Shown: piece after piece, positions 55,702 through 64,000 of the stretch
How positions within the stretch are numbered: the stretch's first letter is position 1
Layout of the letters: the number at the start of each line of letters is the position of its first letter
Assembly: GCA_964571725.1 (NCBI GenBank)
Contig: CAZNDB010000001.1
Coordinates: 322,544-386,543, forward strand
DNA length: 64,000 nucleotides
Source: an uncultured Candidatus Peribacteria bacterium
GTDB lineage: Bacteria > Patescibacteriota > Gracilibacteria > UBA1369
Direction of reading: 5' to 3'
The notes under the pieces: model-generated
Database searches by the model: none
What the model saw: only the letters and a program-made list of their open reading frames with translations
What the model was told of the DNA's origin: nothing
Made by a program: the position numbers and the translations under genes

Positions 55702-57471
55702 ATGATCAGAACACACAAAAATAACGAGTTAAAGCTTTCGGATATTGGCAAATCGGTTACCTTGACCGGTTGGGTGCATCATCGCCGCGACCACGGGGGA
55801 GTAATTTTTATTGATCTCAGGGACCGCTACGGATTAACGCAAATCGTCACTGACCCGGTTCAATATTCAGATGCGCATCAGTCGGCCGACCAGGTCCGTC
55901 CCGAGTATGTGGTCAAAATTTCCGGAGTGGTACGGGCCAGACCGGAGGGACAGACCAATCCCAATCTGGAAACCGGCGAAATCGAAGTGCTCATTCATCA
56001 GTTTGAAATTCTGAACGCGGCCAAGACGCCGCCTTTTGAAATCGATCATGAATCGTTTGTAAACGAGGAATTAAGGCTCAAGTACCGCTATCTGGACCTG
56101 CGCCGGGAAAGAATGAAAAACAATCTGGTGCAGCGGCATAAAATCGTCAAACTGATGAGGGATTTTCTGGACGCCAGAGAATTTCTGGAAGTTGAAACCC
56201 CCATTTTAATCAAGGGAACTCCGGAAGGAAGTCGCGAATATCTGGTTCCGTCGCGCATTTATCCGGGGAACTTTTTTGTACTGCCGCAATCGCCGCAACA
56301 GCTCAAACAGCTTCTGATGGTGGCTGGAATGGACAGATATTTCCAGGTGGCGCGCTGTTTTCGCGATGAAGATCTCCGGGGCGACCGCCAGCCGGAATTT
56401 ACCCAGCTGGATATGGAAATGTCCTTTATCGACCAGGAGGACATCATGAAACTCAATGAAGAAATGTTGATAGAAATAAGCCAAAAACTGGTTTCCCATA
56501 AGAAAATCCAGTCCATCCCGTTTCCGCGCATTACCTGGCAGGAAGCCATGGAATCCTATGGCTCCGACAAACCGGACATCCGTTTTGAAATGAAAATTGT
56601 GGATGTTAGTGATATTGCCGCGAAAACCAATTTTTCGGTGTTTAAAGATGTTTTGGCGGCAGGGGGCGTGGTCAAATGTCTCAGAGTCGAAGGAGGACTG
56701 GAACTGACTCGCAAGGAGATAGATGACTTGACCGAACTGGCCAAGGTACACGGAGCCAGGGGTTTGGCCTATATCCAGATTGTCGCGGACGGTCCGAAAT
56801 CATCTCTGGTGAAGTTCTTTACTCCGGAGGAACTGGAGGCCTTTATAGCGAAAACCGGTGCCAAGGCCGGGGATATCCTGTTTTTTGGAGCGGGGTCGTT
56901 TGAAACCGCCTGTACCGCGCTGGGACAGGTTCGTCTGGCTTGCGCCGACCGCTTTAAACTCAGGGACAATAATGTTCTGGCCTATTTATGGGTATATAAT
57001 TTCCCTTTGTTCGAAAAAGACCCCGTCAGCGGCGCACTGTCGGCCGCCCATCATCCCTTTACGGCCCCCCTGGACGACCAAATCGGCCAGCTGGACGCAG
57101 CACCGGAGAAGACAATCGCGAAAGCTTATGATATAGTATTAAATGGTTATGAGATCGGGGGCGGCAGTATCAGAATACATGACCGCAAATTACAAAGGAA
57201 AATCTTCGATCTTTTGAAAATAAGCGAGGAAGACGCTCAAAACAGATTTGGACATCTGCTGGAAGCCTTTGAATACGGTGCGCCGCCGCATGGCGGACTG
57301 GCACTCGGCCTGGAAAGGGTAATCATGATTTACCTGGACGAGCCGAATATCAGGGAGGTAATGGCCTTCCCGAAGGATTCCAAAGCCAAGGACCTGATGC
57401 TGGGAGCACCTTCGCCCATGCCCGCTGAAACCATCGAGGAACTCAGTCTGGAAATCAAACTTAAAAAATAA
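55702..57471 (+). CDS. aspS: aspartate--tRNA ligase
   Basis: 589 aa. Has an OB-fold N-terminus (GWV...RDHGG.IFIDLRD), class II motifs (FRDEDLR, GGGSIRIH), and a GAD insertion. Confidence 0.95.
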   Translation: MIRTHKNNELKLSDIGKSVTLTGWVHHRRDHGGVIFIDLRDRYGLTQIVTDPVQYSDAHQSADQVRPEYVVKISGVVRARPEGQTNPNLETGEIEVLIHQFEILNAAKTPPFEIDHESFVNEELRLKYRYLDLRRERMKNNLVQRHKIVKLMRDFLDAREFLEVETPILIKGTPEGSREYLVPSRIYPGNFFVLPQSPQQLKQLLMVAGMDRYFQVARCFRDEDLRGDRQPEFTQLDMEMSFIDQEDIMKLNEEMLIEISQKLVSHKKIQSIPFPRITWQEAMESYGSDKPDIRFEMKIVDVSDIAAKTNFSVFKDVLAAGGVVKCLRVEGGLELTRKEIDDLTELAKVHGARGLAYIQIVADGPKSSLVKFFTPEELEAFIAKTGAKAGDILFFGAGSFETACTALGQVRLACADRFKLRDNNVLAYLWVYNFPLFEKDPVSGALSAAHHPFTAPLDDQIGQLDAAPEKTIAKAYDIVLNGYEIGGGSIRIHDRKLQRKIFDLLKISEEDAQNRFGHLLEAFEYGAPPHGGLALGLERVIMIYLDEPNIREVMAFPKDSKAKDLMLGAPSPMPAETIEELSLEIKLKK

Positions 57472-57474
57472 ACG

Positions 57475-59943
57475 TTGGAACGCATCTTATTAAATATACT
57501 GATAATAATTCTGGCCTGTGGCGGCCTGTATGTCGCCTTCCTGTTGGCCAAAAGCCGTTACATGGCGGCCGCCAACCTGAAGCGGTCACTTAATATGGTC
57601 TTTCTGAAAGTGCAGATGGCCAAAAAAGAAAGCCGCGATGAGCAGGACCAGGAGCAGAAGGACAACGCCAAGGATTTCAAGGAAGTGGTGGGGGTAATGG
57701 CACAGCTCTTCGATTCACTTCATTCCATCTATTCCGGAAAATGGCAGAATAAATATACCGGCGAGGACTTTCTGTCGCTCGAATATGTAGTGGTACAGGA
57801 TCAAATCTATTTCTATTTCGTAATTCCCTCCGATTTAAGCTCTCTGGTGGAAAAACAGATTACCGGCTTTTTCCCCGATGCATACGTCGAACAGGTTGAT
57901 GAATACAATATTTTTCAGCCTGACTGTAAGACTGCCGCCAAAGCACTGACGCTGAAAAAACATTTCATGTACCCGATCAAGAGTTATCAGCGGCTGACTA
58001 CTGACCCGATCAACAATCTCACCAACGCACTTTCCAAACTTCGTTATGAAGATGGCGCGGTAATTCAGATTATGATACGTCCCACAGCCGGCTGGCAGAA
58101 AAAGGGCAGAGAGGAAGCCAAAAACATTCTTAATCAGAAGCCCGCCAAAAAGGGACTGGACCTGAATCCGCTCAAGCTGATTCTGGGGTTCATTAATTTT
58201 ATAATGGGGCAGGAGGACAAGTCCGGAGCCAAACCTGATGTACAGGGGCGCACCACCCCCATGACCGATGAAGAGGTCAAGGAGCTGGAGAATAAAAACA
58301 GCGGCAAAGGCTATGAGACCATTATCAGAATTGTCTGTTCCTCCGATGATGAAAAAGAAGTCAAATCCAACCTGACCAACATAGTCAGTACTTTTGCCCA
58401 GTACGCTACGGAAAGCGCCAACTCATTCTCATCGGTCAAGCATTATCAGGAAAGAAAAATCATTGAGGACTATATTTTGCGCAGGTTTTCCTTTCCCTGG
58501 CTACAAAAATTCAAGAAAAAAATTACCATTCTGTCTTCCGAAGAACTGGCCTCTATCTTTCACTTTCCCAATATCCGTTTCAACAAGACTCCGGGCATCC
58601 ATTGGCAAAGTTATAAAATTGCCCAGGCTCCCAAAAACATGCCTAAAGAAGGCCTGCTGATCGGGCATAATCACTTCCGCGGGGTGACTACTGAAATCCG
58701 TATGAAAAGAGAAGACCGTTTTCGCCACTTTTACGTGATCGGCCAAACGGGAACGGGTAAAACTTCCGTTTTTGAAAACATGGTGCGGCAGGATCTGGTT
58801 AATAACGACGGTCTCGCCATTGTTGATCCGCACGGAGGATTTGTTGATAATGTTCTGCCATTTGTTCCCAGACAGAGAGCCGATGACGTAATTTATTTCA
58901 ATCCCGCAGACCAGGCCCGTCCCATGGGGTTGAATCTGCTGGAGGCCGATACCGACGATGAAAAAGAGCTGGTGGCGATGGACGCCATGAACATCATGAT
59001 CAAACTTTTCGGCAACGAGATATTCGGTCCGCGCATCCAGGATTATTTCCGCAACGGCTGTCTGACTTTGATGTCGCATCCCGAAGGCGGCACGCTGGTC
59101 GACATAGTCAGGCTCTTTACCGATGACGACTTTCAGAAAGAAAGGGTTTCCTATCTGAAAAACCCGGTGGTTAAATCGTTCTGGACCGATCAGATGGCTA
59201 AAACCGGTGCCCGTGAAAAACAGGAAATTATCCCTTATTTTGCCGCCAAATTCGGTCAGTTTATTACCAACTCCATGATGAGAAACATCATCGGCCAGAC
59301 CAAATCGGCCTTTGATTTTATCGACGTGATGCAGTCCAGAAAAATTCTTTTAATGAACCTTTCCAAAGGTGAAGTTGGCGACATCAACTCCAAACTGCTC
59401 GGTCTGGTTATCGTTTCCAAACTGCAAATGGCCGCTCTGCGCAGACAAAGGTATACCAAGGAAGAGCGTACCGATTTCTTCATGTACATTGATGAATTCC
59501 AAAACTATATTACCGACTCCATTGAAAGTATTTTGTCGGAAGCCAGAAAATATCGCCTGAGCCTGAATATGGCCAATCAGTACATCTCGCAGCTGGAAGG
59601 CGAGGACGGAAAATCCAAGGTAAAAGACGCCGTATTCGGAAACGTCGGCACCATGATGTGCTATAAACTGGGTGCGACCGACGCCGAATATATGGCCAAG
59701 GAAATGGCCCCGGTGTTTTCCAGCGGCGACCTGATTAACCTGGACTTTTTGAAGGCTGTGATGAAACTCTGTATTGACGGCCAGCCCTCCGTGCCTTTTT
59801 CCATCACGGTGGCCAAGCCCTGGCTGGAAAAAGGAGATCAAAAGGTTGGTGAAGCCATTAAACAGCTTTCCAGACTTAAATTCGGCCGAGACCGCGAGTT
59901 TGTGGAGAGGGAAATCACCAGAAGAATCGGCATTATCCAGTAA
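57475..59943 (+). CDS. membrane-anchored VirD4/TraG/TraD-like (type IV coupling protein-like) P-loop ATPase
   Basis: 822 aa. TTG start. Has an N-terminal TM helix, Walker A VIGQTGTGKTS, Walker B-like FFMYIDEFQNY, and a C-terminal segment of the LSEARKYRL type. Confidence 0.7.
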   Translation: MERILLNILIIILACGGLYVAFLLAKSRYMAAANLKRSLNMVFLKVQMAKKESRDEQDQEQKDNAKDFKEVVGVMAQLFDSLHSIYSGKWQNKYTGEDFLSLEYVVVQDQIYFYFVIPSDLSSLVEKQITGFFPDAYVEQVDEYNIFQPDCKTAAKALTLKKHFMYPIKSYQRLTTDPINNLTNALSKLRYEDGAVIQIMIRPTAGWQKKGREEAKNILNQKPAKKGLDLNPLKLILGFINFIMGQEDKSGAKPDVQGRTTPMTDEEVKELENKNSGKGYETIIRIVCSSDDEKEVKSNLTNIVSTFAQYATESANSFSSVKHYQERKIIEDYILRRFSFPWLQKFKKKITILSSEELASIFHFPNIRFNKTPGIHWQSYKIAQAPKNMPKEGLLIGHNHFRGVTTEIRMKREDRFRHFYVIGQTGTGKTSVFENMVRQDLVNNDGLAIVDPHGGFVDNVLPFVPRQRADDVIYFNPADQARPMGLNLLEADTDDEKELVAMDAMNIMIKLFGNEIFGPRIQDYFRNGCLTLMSHPEGGTLVDIVRLFTDDDFQKERVSYLKNPVVKSFWTDQMAKTGAREKQEIIPYFAAKFGQFITNSMMRNIIGQTKSAFDFIDVMQSRKILLMNLSKGEVGDINSKLLGLVIVSKLQMAALRRQRYTKEERTDFFMYIDEFQNYITDSIESILSEARKYRLSLNMANQYISQLEGEDGKSKVKDAVFGNVGTMMCYKLGATDAEYMAKEMAPVFSSGDLINLDFLKAVMKLCIDGQPSVPFSITVAKPWLEKGDQKVGEAIKQLSRLKFGRDREFVEREITRRIGIIQ

Positions 59944-60119
59944 AACCCTGCCGGACCAACTCCAAAGTCTGATCTGTGGGCAGATTAAAGGCCTTTCAAG
60001 CCGGTTTATTTGACAAGTAGCTATAAAACATCATAATGACCGCGCAATAGCATATAACCGCTAAAAGGCGGTATTTTTGGTATAATAATGAGATTTATTC
60101 ATTTCCCTCAGACATCAAA

Positions 60120-61331
60120 ATGAAAATAAATAAATTTCTGCTGTTAACTCCTTTTGTTTTGGGACTGTTGGTTTTTATCCCGACGGTTAATGCCGAGGAC
60201 ACAAATGCCGCTCAGGCGGCTGATCCGGCCGTGGTCACTTACCCCTATGAAAAGACCTTTACCATCACCGCTTATTATTCCCCGGTGGAAGGACAGAAAA
60301 GATATATTCGCGGCTCCCTGGCCGCCGATAAGAAACTGAACGGCAATGGTACCAACGGCGCGGACGGGACACCGGTTTTTCCCGGTATGATCGCCGCCCC
60401 CAAAACCATTCCTTTCGGAACCAAGATGTCCATTCCCGGTATCGGCATGGTGGCCGTGCATGACCGCGGAGGGGCGATTGTCCCTGCCGGCCAGCGCGGT
60501 ACGAAGTTTGACCGTCTGGACGTCTGGATGGGCTATGGCGATGAGGGATTGAACAGAGCCCTGCGCTGGGGCCGCCGCACCGTTAACGTAACGGTCTATG
60601 GTTTGGATGAAAGTATCAAGGAAGCCATTGATCTGGGCAGCCTTTCCAGTGCCGCCCTGCCTTCATCTTCCACCGGCAGCACGCTGACCTTTCGCAATGA
60701 TTATGGTTATGGCAATCAGAGCGACGAATTAAAGGATATTAAACAGAAATTTAAAGATCTGGGCTATTTCCAGGGCACTATTGACGACAACTTTGACGAG
60801 CCTCTCTATCACGCGGTGGTGAAGTTCCAGCTGGATTATGACATAGTAGATAACGAAGATCAGTTCGGGGCTGGCTATTTCGGGCCGCAGACCAGATCCA
60901 CCCTGGAAAAGGCCATGAAAGGTGAAAAACCGCCAGTCAGGGAGACGCTGACCATCATGTCCGCCCAGGCCGCCGACAACGACGATCAATACTCCCAAAA
61001 CGTCCGGTTAGCCGGAAACGGGTTGTCGTTTTTAACCCGGGACCTTCAATTGGGCGATTCAGGCCAGGAAGTGGTCGAATTGCAGACGGAATTAAAGAAA
61101 CTCCATCTGTTTGGGCTGGAACCAACCGGTTTTTACGGCGAGGTTACCGCTCATGCCGTATTTAAATTCCAGCAAAGCCGCAAACTGGTGGGGGACTTGA
61201 CTTCGCCCGGAGCGGGCGTGTTCGGTCCGATTACCAGGCAAGAGCTGATGGCACTGGTTAATTCGCGCATTGAAACCAGAAAAACCATTGCCTCCAACCT
61301 CGACCGGCGCCACCTTCTGGCTAATAAATAA
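60120..61331 (+). CDS. secreted 3D-domain (MltA/YocH-like) protein with two PG_binding_1-type repeats
   Basis: Signal peptide ...IPTVNAED. A 3D-domain segment (ITAYYSP...GMIAAP...PFGTKM.IPG...VHDRGGAI...RLDVWMG) is followed by two peptidoglycan-binding repeats (GDSGQEVVELQ..L). Confidence 0.8.
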   Translation: MKINKFLLLTPFVLGLLVFIPTVNAEDTNAAQAADPAVVTYPYEKTFTITAYYSPVEGQKRYIRGSLAADKKLNGNGTNGADGTPVFPGMIAAPKTIPFGTKMSIPGIGMVAVHDRGGAIVPAGQRGTKFDRLDVWMGYGDEGLNRALRWGRRTVNVTVYGLDESIKEAIDLGSLSSAALPSSSTGSTLTFRNDYGYGNQSDELKDIKQKFKDLGYFQGTIDDNFDEPLYHAVVKFQLDYDIVDNEDQFGAGYFGPQTRSTLEKAMKGEKPPVRETLTIMSAQAADNDDQYSQNVRLAGNGLSFLTRDLQLGDSGQEVVELQTELKKLHLFGLEPTGFYGEVTAHAVFKFQQSRKLVGDLTSPGAGVFGPITRQELMALVNSRIETRKTIASNLDRRHLLANK

Positions 61332-61337
61332 TTCCCC

Positions 61338-61366
61338 TTAACATTAGAACAACTGTTCTATATACT
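61338..61366 (+). promoter_or_regulatory. candidate lexA promoter (TTAACA-17-TATACT) with the SOS box in the spacer
   Basis: Hexamers at 61338-61343 and 61361-61366. Confidence 0.5.
61346..61359. promoter_or_regulatory. Cheo-type SOS box AGAAC-AACT-GTTCT (GAAC-N4-GTTC)
   Basis: Perfect GAAC-N4-GTTC palindrome arms 33 nt upstream of the lexA ATG. Confidence 0.7.
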
Positions 61367-61391
61367 GGGAAAGTAAATATCTTACTTTCCT

Positions 61392-62063
61392 ATGATTCGT
61401 TTATCCAGGACAATCCTGACCGTCAGGCAAAAAGCCATTCTGAAGAGAATCCAGCAGTATTACCGGAGCGAGGGCTATTTCCCCTCCACGCGTGAACTCA
61501 GCCAGGTTCTCAAAATCAAATCCCCCAACACCATTTTCAGCCATCTGCAGGCCCTGATCAAAAAGGGCTATTTGAAGAAAAACATCAAAGGGAAAATTAT
61601 CGCCGTGACCGATTTCGCCCATGATTTTTCCCGGCCTTCCGAGGCACCTCCTTTCCCGCTGCAATCCGGGAATCCAGCCGCTTCGCTGGCCATACCTTAT
61701 TTCCCGTCGGGCGTTCCCGCCGGTTTCCAGGCCCCTGCGGAAGACGCCGGCCGGGAAATGCTGACCGTCGACCAGTACCTGATTAAAAGCCCCAACAACA
61801 CCTTCGCCCTGAAGGTTAGCGGGAATTCCATGGAAAAAGCCGGTATCATGGCCGGCGACCTGCTGCTGGTGGAAAAAAGAAGCGATGCCCGTCCGGGCCA
61901 GATCATCGTAGCTCATTTGCCCAGCGGTTTTACCGTAAAAAGGCTGATCGAGGAAAACGGCCAGCAATATCTGAAGGCGGAAAGTTCCAAAGAATACCAG
62001 ATCCGGCTGGAGGAGGGGACGGAGATCTGGGGTATCGTCATAGGTATCATTAGAAAATACTGA
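61392..62063 (+). CDS. lexA: LexA repressor (S24 peptidase)
   Basis: 223 aa. Has an N-terminal wHTH (LT.RQ..IL..I......G..PS.RE), Ser nucleophile GNSM, and Lys in VKRL. Ends in TGA. Confidence 0.88.
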   Translation: MIRLSRTILTVRQKAILKRIQQYYRSEGYFPSTRELSQVLKIKSPNTIFSHLQALIKKGYLKKNIKGKIIAVTDFAHDFSRPSEAPPFPLQSGNPAASLAIPYFPSGVPAGFQAPAEDAGREMLTVDQYLIKSPNNTFALKVSGNSMEKAGIMAGDLLLVEKRSDARPGQIIVAHLPSGFTVKRLIEENGQQYLKAESSKEYQIRLEEGTEIWGIVIGIIRKY

Positions 62064-62064
62064 C

Positions 62065-63309
62065 ATGTGTTTTTTTCAGCGCACATCCTTCCCAACGGCC
62101 ATCGCGCATATTGACTGCAACGCCTTCTTTGCGTCCGTGGAAGAGGCCTATAACCCCTCTTACCGGGGCAAGCCGCTCTTGGTGGCGGGTATGGGGGCCA
62201 GCTGCGTTATAACGGCCAGTTACGCCGCCAGAAAGTACCACATTTCCACCGGAACGCCGGTTTGGGAAGCCCGCAAGATCTGTCCGGAGGCCATCGTAGT
62301 TCCGGCCGATTTCCGCAAATATCTGCTTTACCATCAGAATTTTTTAAAAATCATCGGCGAATTCACGCCGGACATCGAGGCGGCGAGTATTGACGAATGT
62401 TACATCGACCTCAAAGGTCTTCGCCGCCTCTACCGCAAGCCCTATGCCGCCATTTGCCGGGACATCCAGCAGGCCATCAGAGAGCGCCTGGGGATTGGCG
62501 TTTCCATCGGCCTCTCCACCAGCAAAGTTCTGGCCAAAGTCGCCAGCAACTACAAAAAGCCGAACGGTCTGACCGTGGTCAGCGGCAAGGACATCGAAAA
62601 ATTCCTCAGGATCATTCCTATCGACAAAATCAAAGGTCTGGGCACCAATTCCCGCGCACTGTTGGCCAAACAGGGGATTCACACCACCATGGAATTTGTC
62701 CTGGCCCCGCCTGACCGCATACAGAAGCTGCTCGGTAAACCCGGCGTGGAAATGCAGCTGGAGCTGCGCGGCTTCAGCGTCCGTCCGGTGATTACGGAAA
62801 CCGCCCTGCCCAAATCGCTGTCCCGTACCCGGTCTTTTACCGTAACCAGTGACCGCAAACTGATCTATCAGGAATTATTAAAAAACCTGGCCCTGGCCTT
62901 CTGGCACCTGCGCAAAAGCAGGCTGAAAACAGCTCACCTCACGCTGATGCTCAGAACCCGCGACTACAAAGTCTACGGCGAGGAAATCCGGCTCCCGGAG
63001 GACCTTAATTGCGAGGGGGCCATCATGAAACTGGTACGGGAGGCTTTTGATCGCTTATACCAGCCCGGGCTGGACTACCGCAGTTCAGGGGTAATTACTA
63101 CAGGATTACAGCTGGAAGACTATATTCCTTCCAAACTTTTTCCCAACGAGCTGGAAACTGAAAAACAGCTTTCGCTTTTCGAAAAAATCGACCGCATCAA
63201 CGGAAAATACGGCGCCATGTCGATCTCTATGGCAGGCGGCACGATAAGCCCGCCCGACCCCGACCGTCTGGAAAAACTGTATCTCCCTTTTCTGGGACAG
63301 GCTAAATAA
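62065..63309 (+). CDS. dinB: Y-family DNA polymerase (Pol IV-like)
   Basis: 414 aa. Contains IAHIDCNAFFASVE and SIDECYIDL. Starts 1 nt after the lexA stop. Confidence 0.85.
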   Translation: MCFFQRTSFPTAIAHIDCNAFFASVEEAYNPSYRGKPLLVAGMGASCVITASYAARKYHISTGTPVWEARKICPEAIVVPADFRKYLLYHQNFLKIIGEFTPDIEAASIDECYIDLKGLRRLYRKPYAAICRDIQQAIRERLGIGVSIGLSTSKVLAKVASNYKKPNGLTVVSGKDIEKFLRIIPIDKIKGLGTNSRALLAKQGIHTTMEFVLAPPDRIQKLLGKPGVEMQLELRGFSVRPVITETALPKSLSRTRSFTVTSDRKLIYQELLKNLALAFWHLRKSRLKTAHLTLMLRTRDYKVYGEEIRLPEDLNCEGAIMKLVREAFDRLYQPGLDYRSSGVITTGLQLEDYIPSKLFPNELETEKQLSLFEKIDRINGKYGAMSISMAGGTISPPDPDRLEKLYLPFLGQAK

Positions 63310-63359
63310 AACTTCCACCCGGTACCCACCGGCTGAGCTGAATATTTTGTTTTTTTAAA

Positions 63360-63443
63360 TGGTGCTGGAGAGAGGATTCGAACCTCCATGCTTTTGGCGC
63401 TAGCTCCTAAAGCTAGTGTGTCTACCAGTTCCACCACTCCAGC
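63360..63443 (-). tRNA. tRNA-Leu (anticodon TAG), long variable arm, encoded CCA
   Basis: Reverse complement is GCTGGAGTGGTGGAACTGGTAGACACACTAGCTTTAGGAGCTAGCGCCAAAAGCATGGAGGTTCGAATCCTCTCTCCAGCACCA, with anticodon loop TTTAGGA. Confidence 0.9.
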
Positions 63444-63470
63444 AAAGTCAAAATTCGTTGAAAATATAGG

Positions 63471-63785
63471 TTATCCCCCCATCAAATGCAAATGGATGTG
63501 CGGCACCTCCTGCCCGCCTTTTTCACCCACATTGAACAGTAATTTATACCCCTCCAGTCCCATGGCTTTGCCCATGTTGCGGGCAGTTAGCAGCAAATGT
63601 CCTAATAGGGCCTGATCACTGTCTGCAGCGTCCATAATGGTTGGTATTTCCTTCTTGGGAATGATCAGCAAATGAACCGGCGCCTTTGGATTAATATCAT
63701 GTATGACAAAGCATAAGTCGTCTTCATATTCGATTTTCTTCGTGGGAATTTCGCCGTTGAGGATTTTGGTAAAAATAGTCGTCAT
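63471..63785 (-). CDS. HIT (histidine triad) family protein
   Basis: 104 aa. Ends with the HIHLHLMGG histidine triad motif. Confidence 0.85.
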   Translation of the reverse strand: MTTIFTKILNGEIPTKKIEYEDDLCFVIHDINPKAPVHLLIIPKKEIPTIMDAADSDQALLGHLLLTARNMGKAMGLEGYKLLFNVGEKGGQEVPHIHLHLMGG

Positions 63786-64000
63786 AAATTCATAAAAAAG
63801 ACCTAATAAAGATAGGTACGATTCATGAAATATTCAAACTTAAATTCAACTATGGGATTTTCCGGCTCAAGTCAAAAAAAGGTTTTGCTTGCGCATATTA
63901 GGCAGCCTGGCCTTCATCCAGTGAATACACGGCGCGGCCAACTCTGACAAACTGGGGATTTTTTTGTAAATTCAGAGAAATTGTGCCCTTCTTGACCCTT

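Noticed and set aside
1-64000. Alternative genetic code (UGA recoding, as in some candidate phyla).
   Set aside because: Housekeeping genes are full-length under the standard code, and TGA terminates well-supported genes such as lexA and tsaE.
63899-64000. Open minus-strand frame running to the window edge and ending ...RVGRAVYSLDEGQAA-stop.
   Set aside because: Only about 33 codons are visible, which is too short to identify or support as a feature.

Overview
This 64 kb window comes from a low-GC bacterial chromosome. My spot counts give about 40-50% G+C. Standard code applies, since TGA is used as a stop (for example at the end of lexA). Native genes mostly lack Shine-Dalgarno (SD) sequences and often start on TTG or GTG. 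Intergenic regions carry near-consensus sigma70 promoters. The gene content suggests an uncultivated, small-genome, monoderm-type lineage (CPR/Patescibacteria-like); this is inference only.

Recognisable housekeeping genes are gpmI, nth, rpmA, a sixA-like gene, tig, rplS, rnhB, csaB-like, rfbA/rfbD/rfbB plus a small cupin, infB, rpsA, rsmE, clpC, ruvB, tsaE, dnaE, aspS, lexA-dinB and a HIT protein. There are three tRNAs (His-GTG, Arg-TCT, Leu-TAG), all with encoded CCA. Cell-wall genes include two M23 peptidases (one with SLH domains) and a 3D-domain/PG-binding protein.

Two things stand out:
1. A 13 kb minus-strand block (8541-21839) encodes orphan, mostly signal-peptide-less, coiled-coil-rich giant proteins. 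It includes a 1468-aa protein with a PPP-like metallophosphoesterase core between Pro/Ala repeat linkers, a gluzincin-type HExxH protease, and a small acidic protein that is translationally coupled. A second effector-like operon (38004-41451) has a 988-aa SGNH-hydrolase protein. A VirD4/TraG-like ATPase sits at 57475-59943.
2. Four GC-rich cassettes (about two-thirds G+C in a spot count) are inserted between native genes at about 1120-1975, 25314-26048, 27376-30786 and 31040-31995. Their ORFs carry strong SD sites and GC-rich hairpin terminators. Each of three cassettes sits just downstream of an AT-rich, near-consensus promoter. Five of their six... more precisely, four of the five ORFs encode lipoproteins or an outer-membrane-barrel-like protein. 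One cassette is bracketed by an 18/19-nt inverted repeat.

No CRISPR array, rRNA, transposase or integrase was seen.
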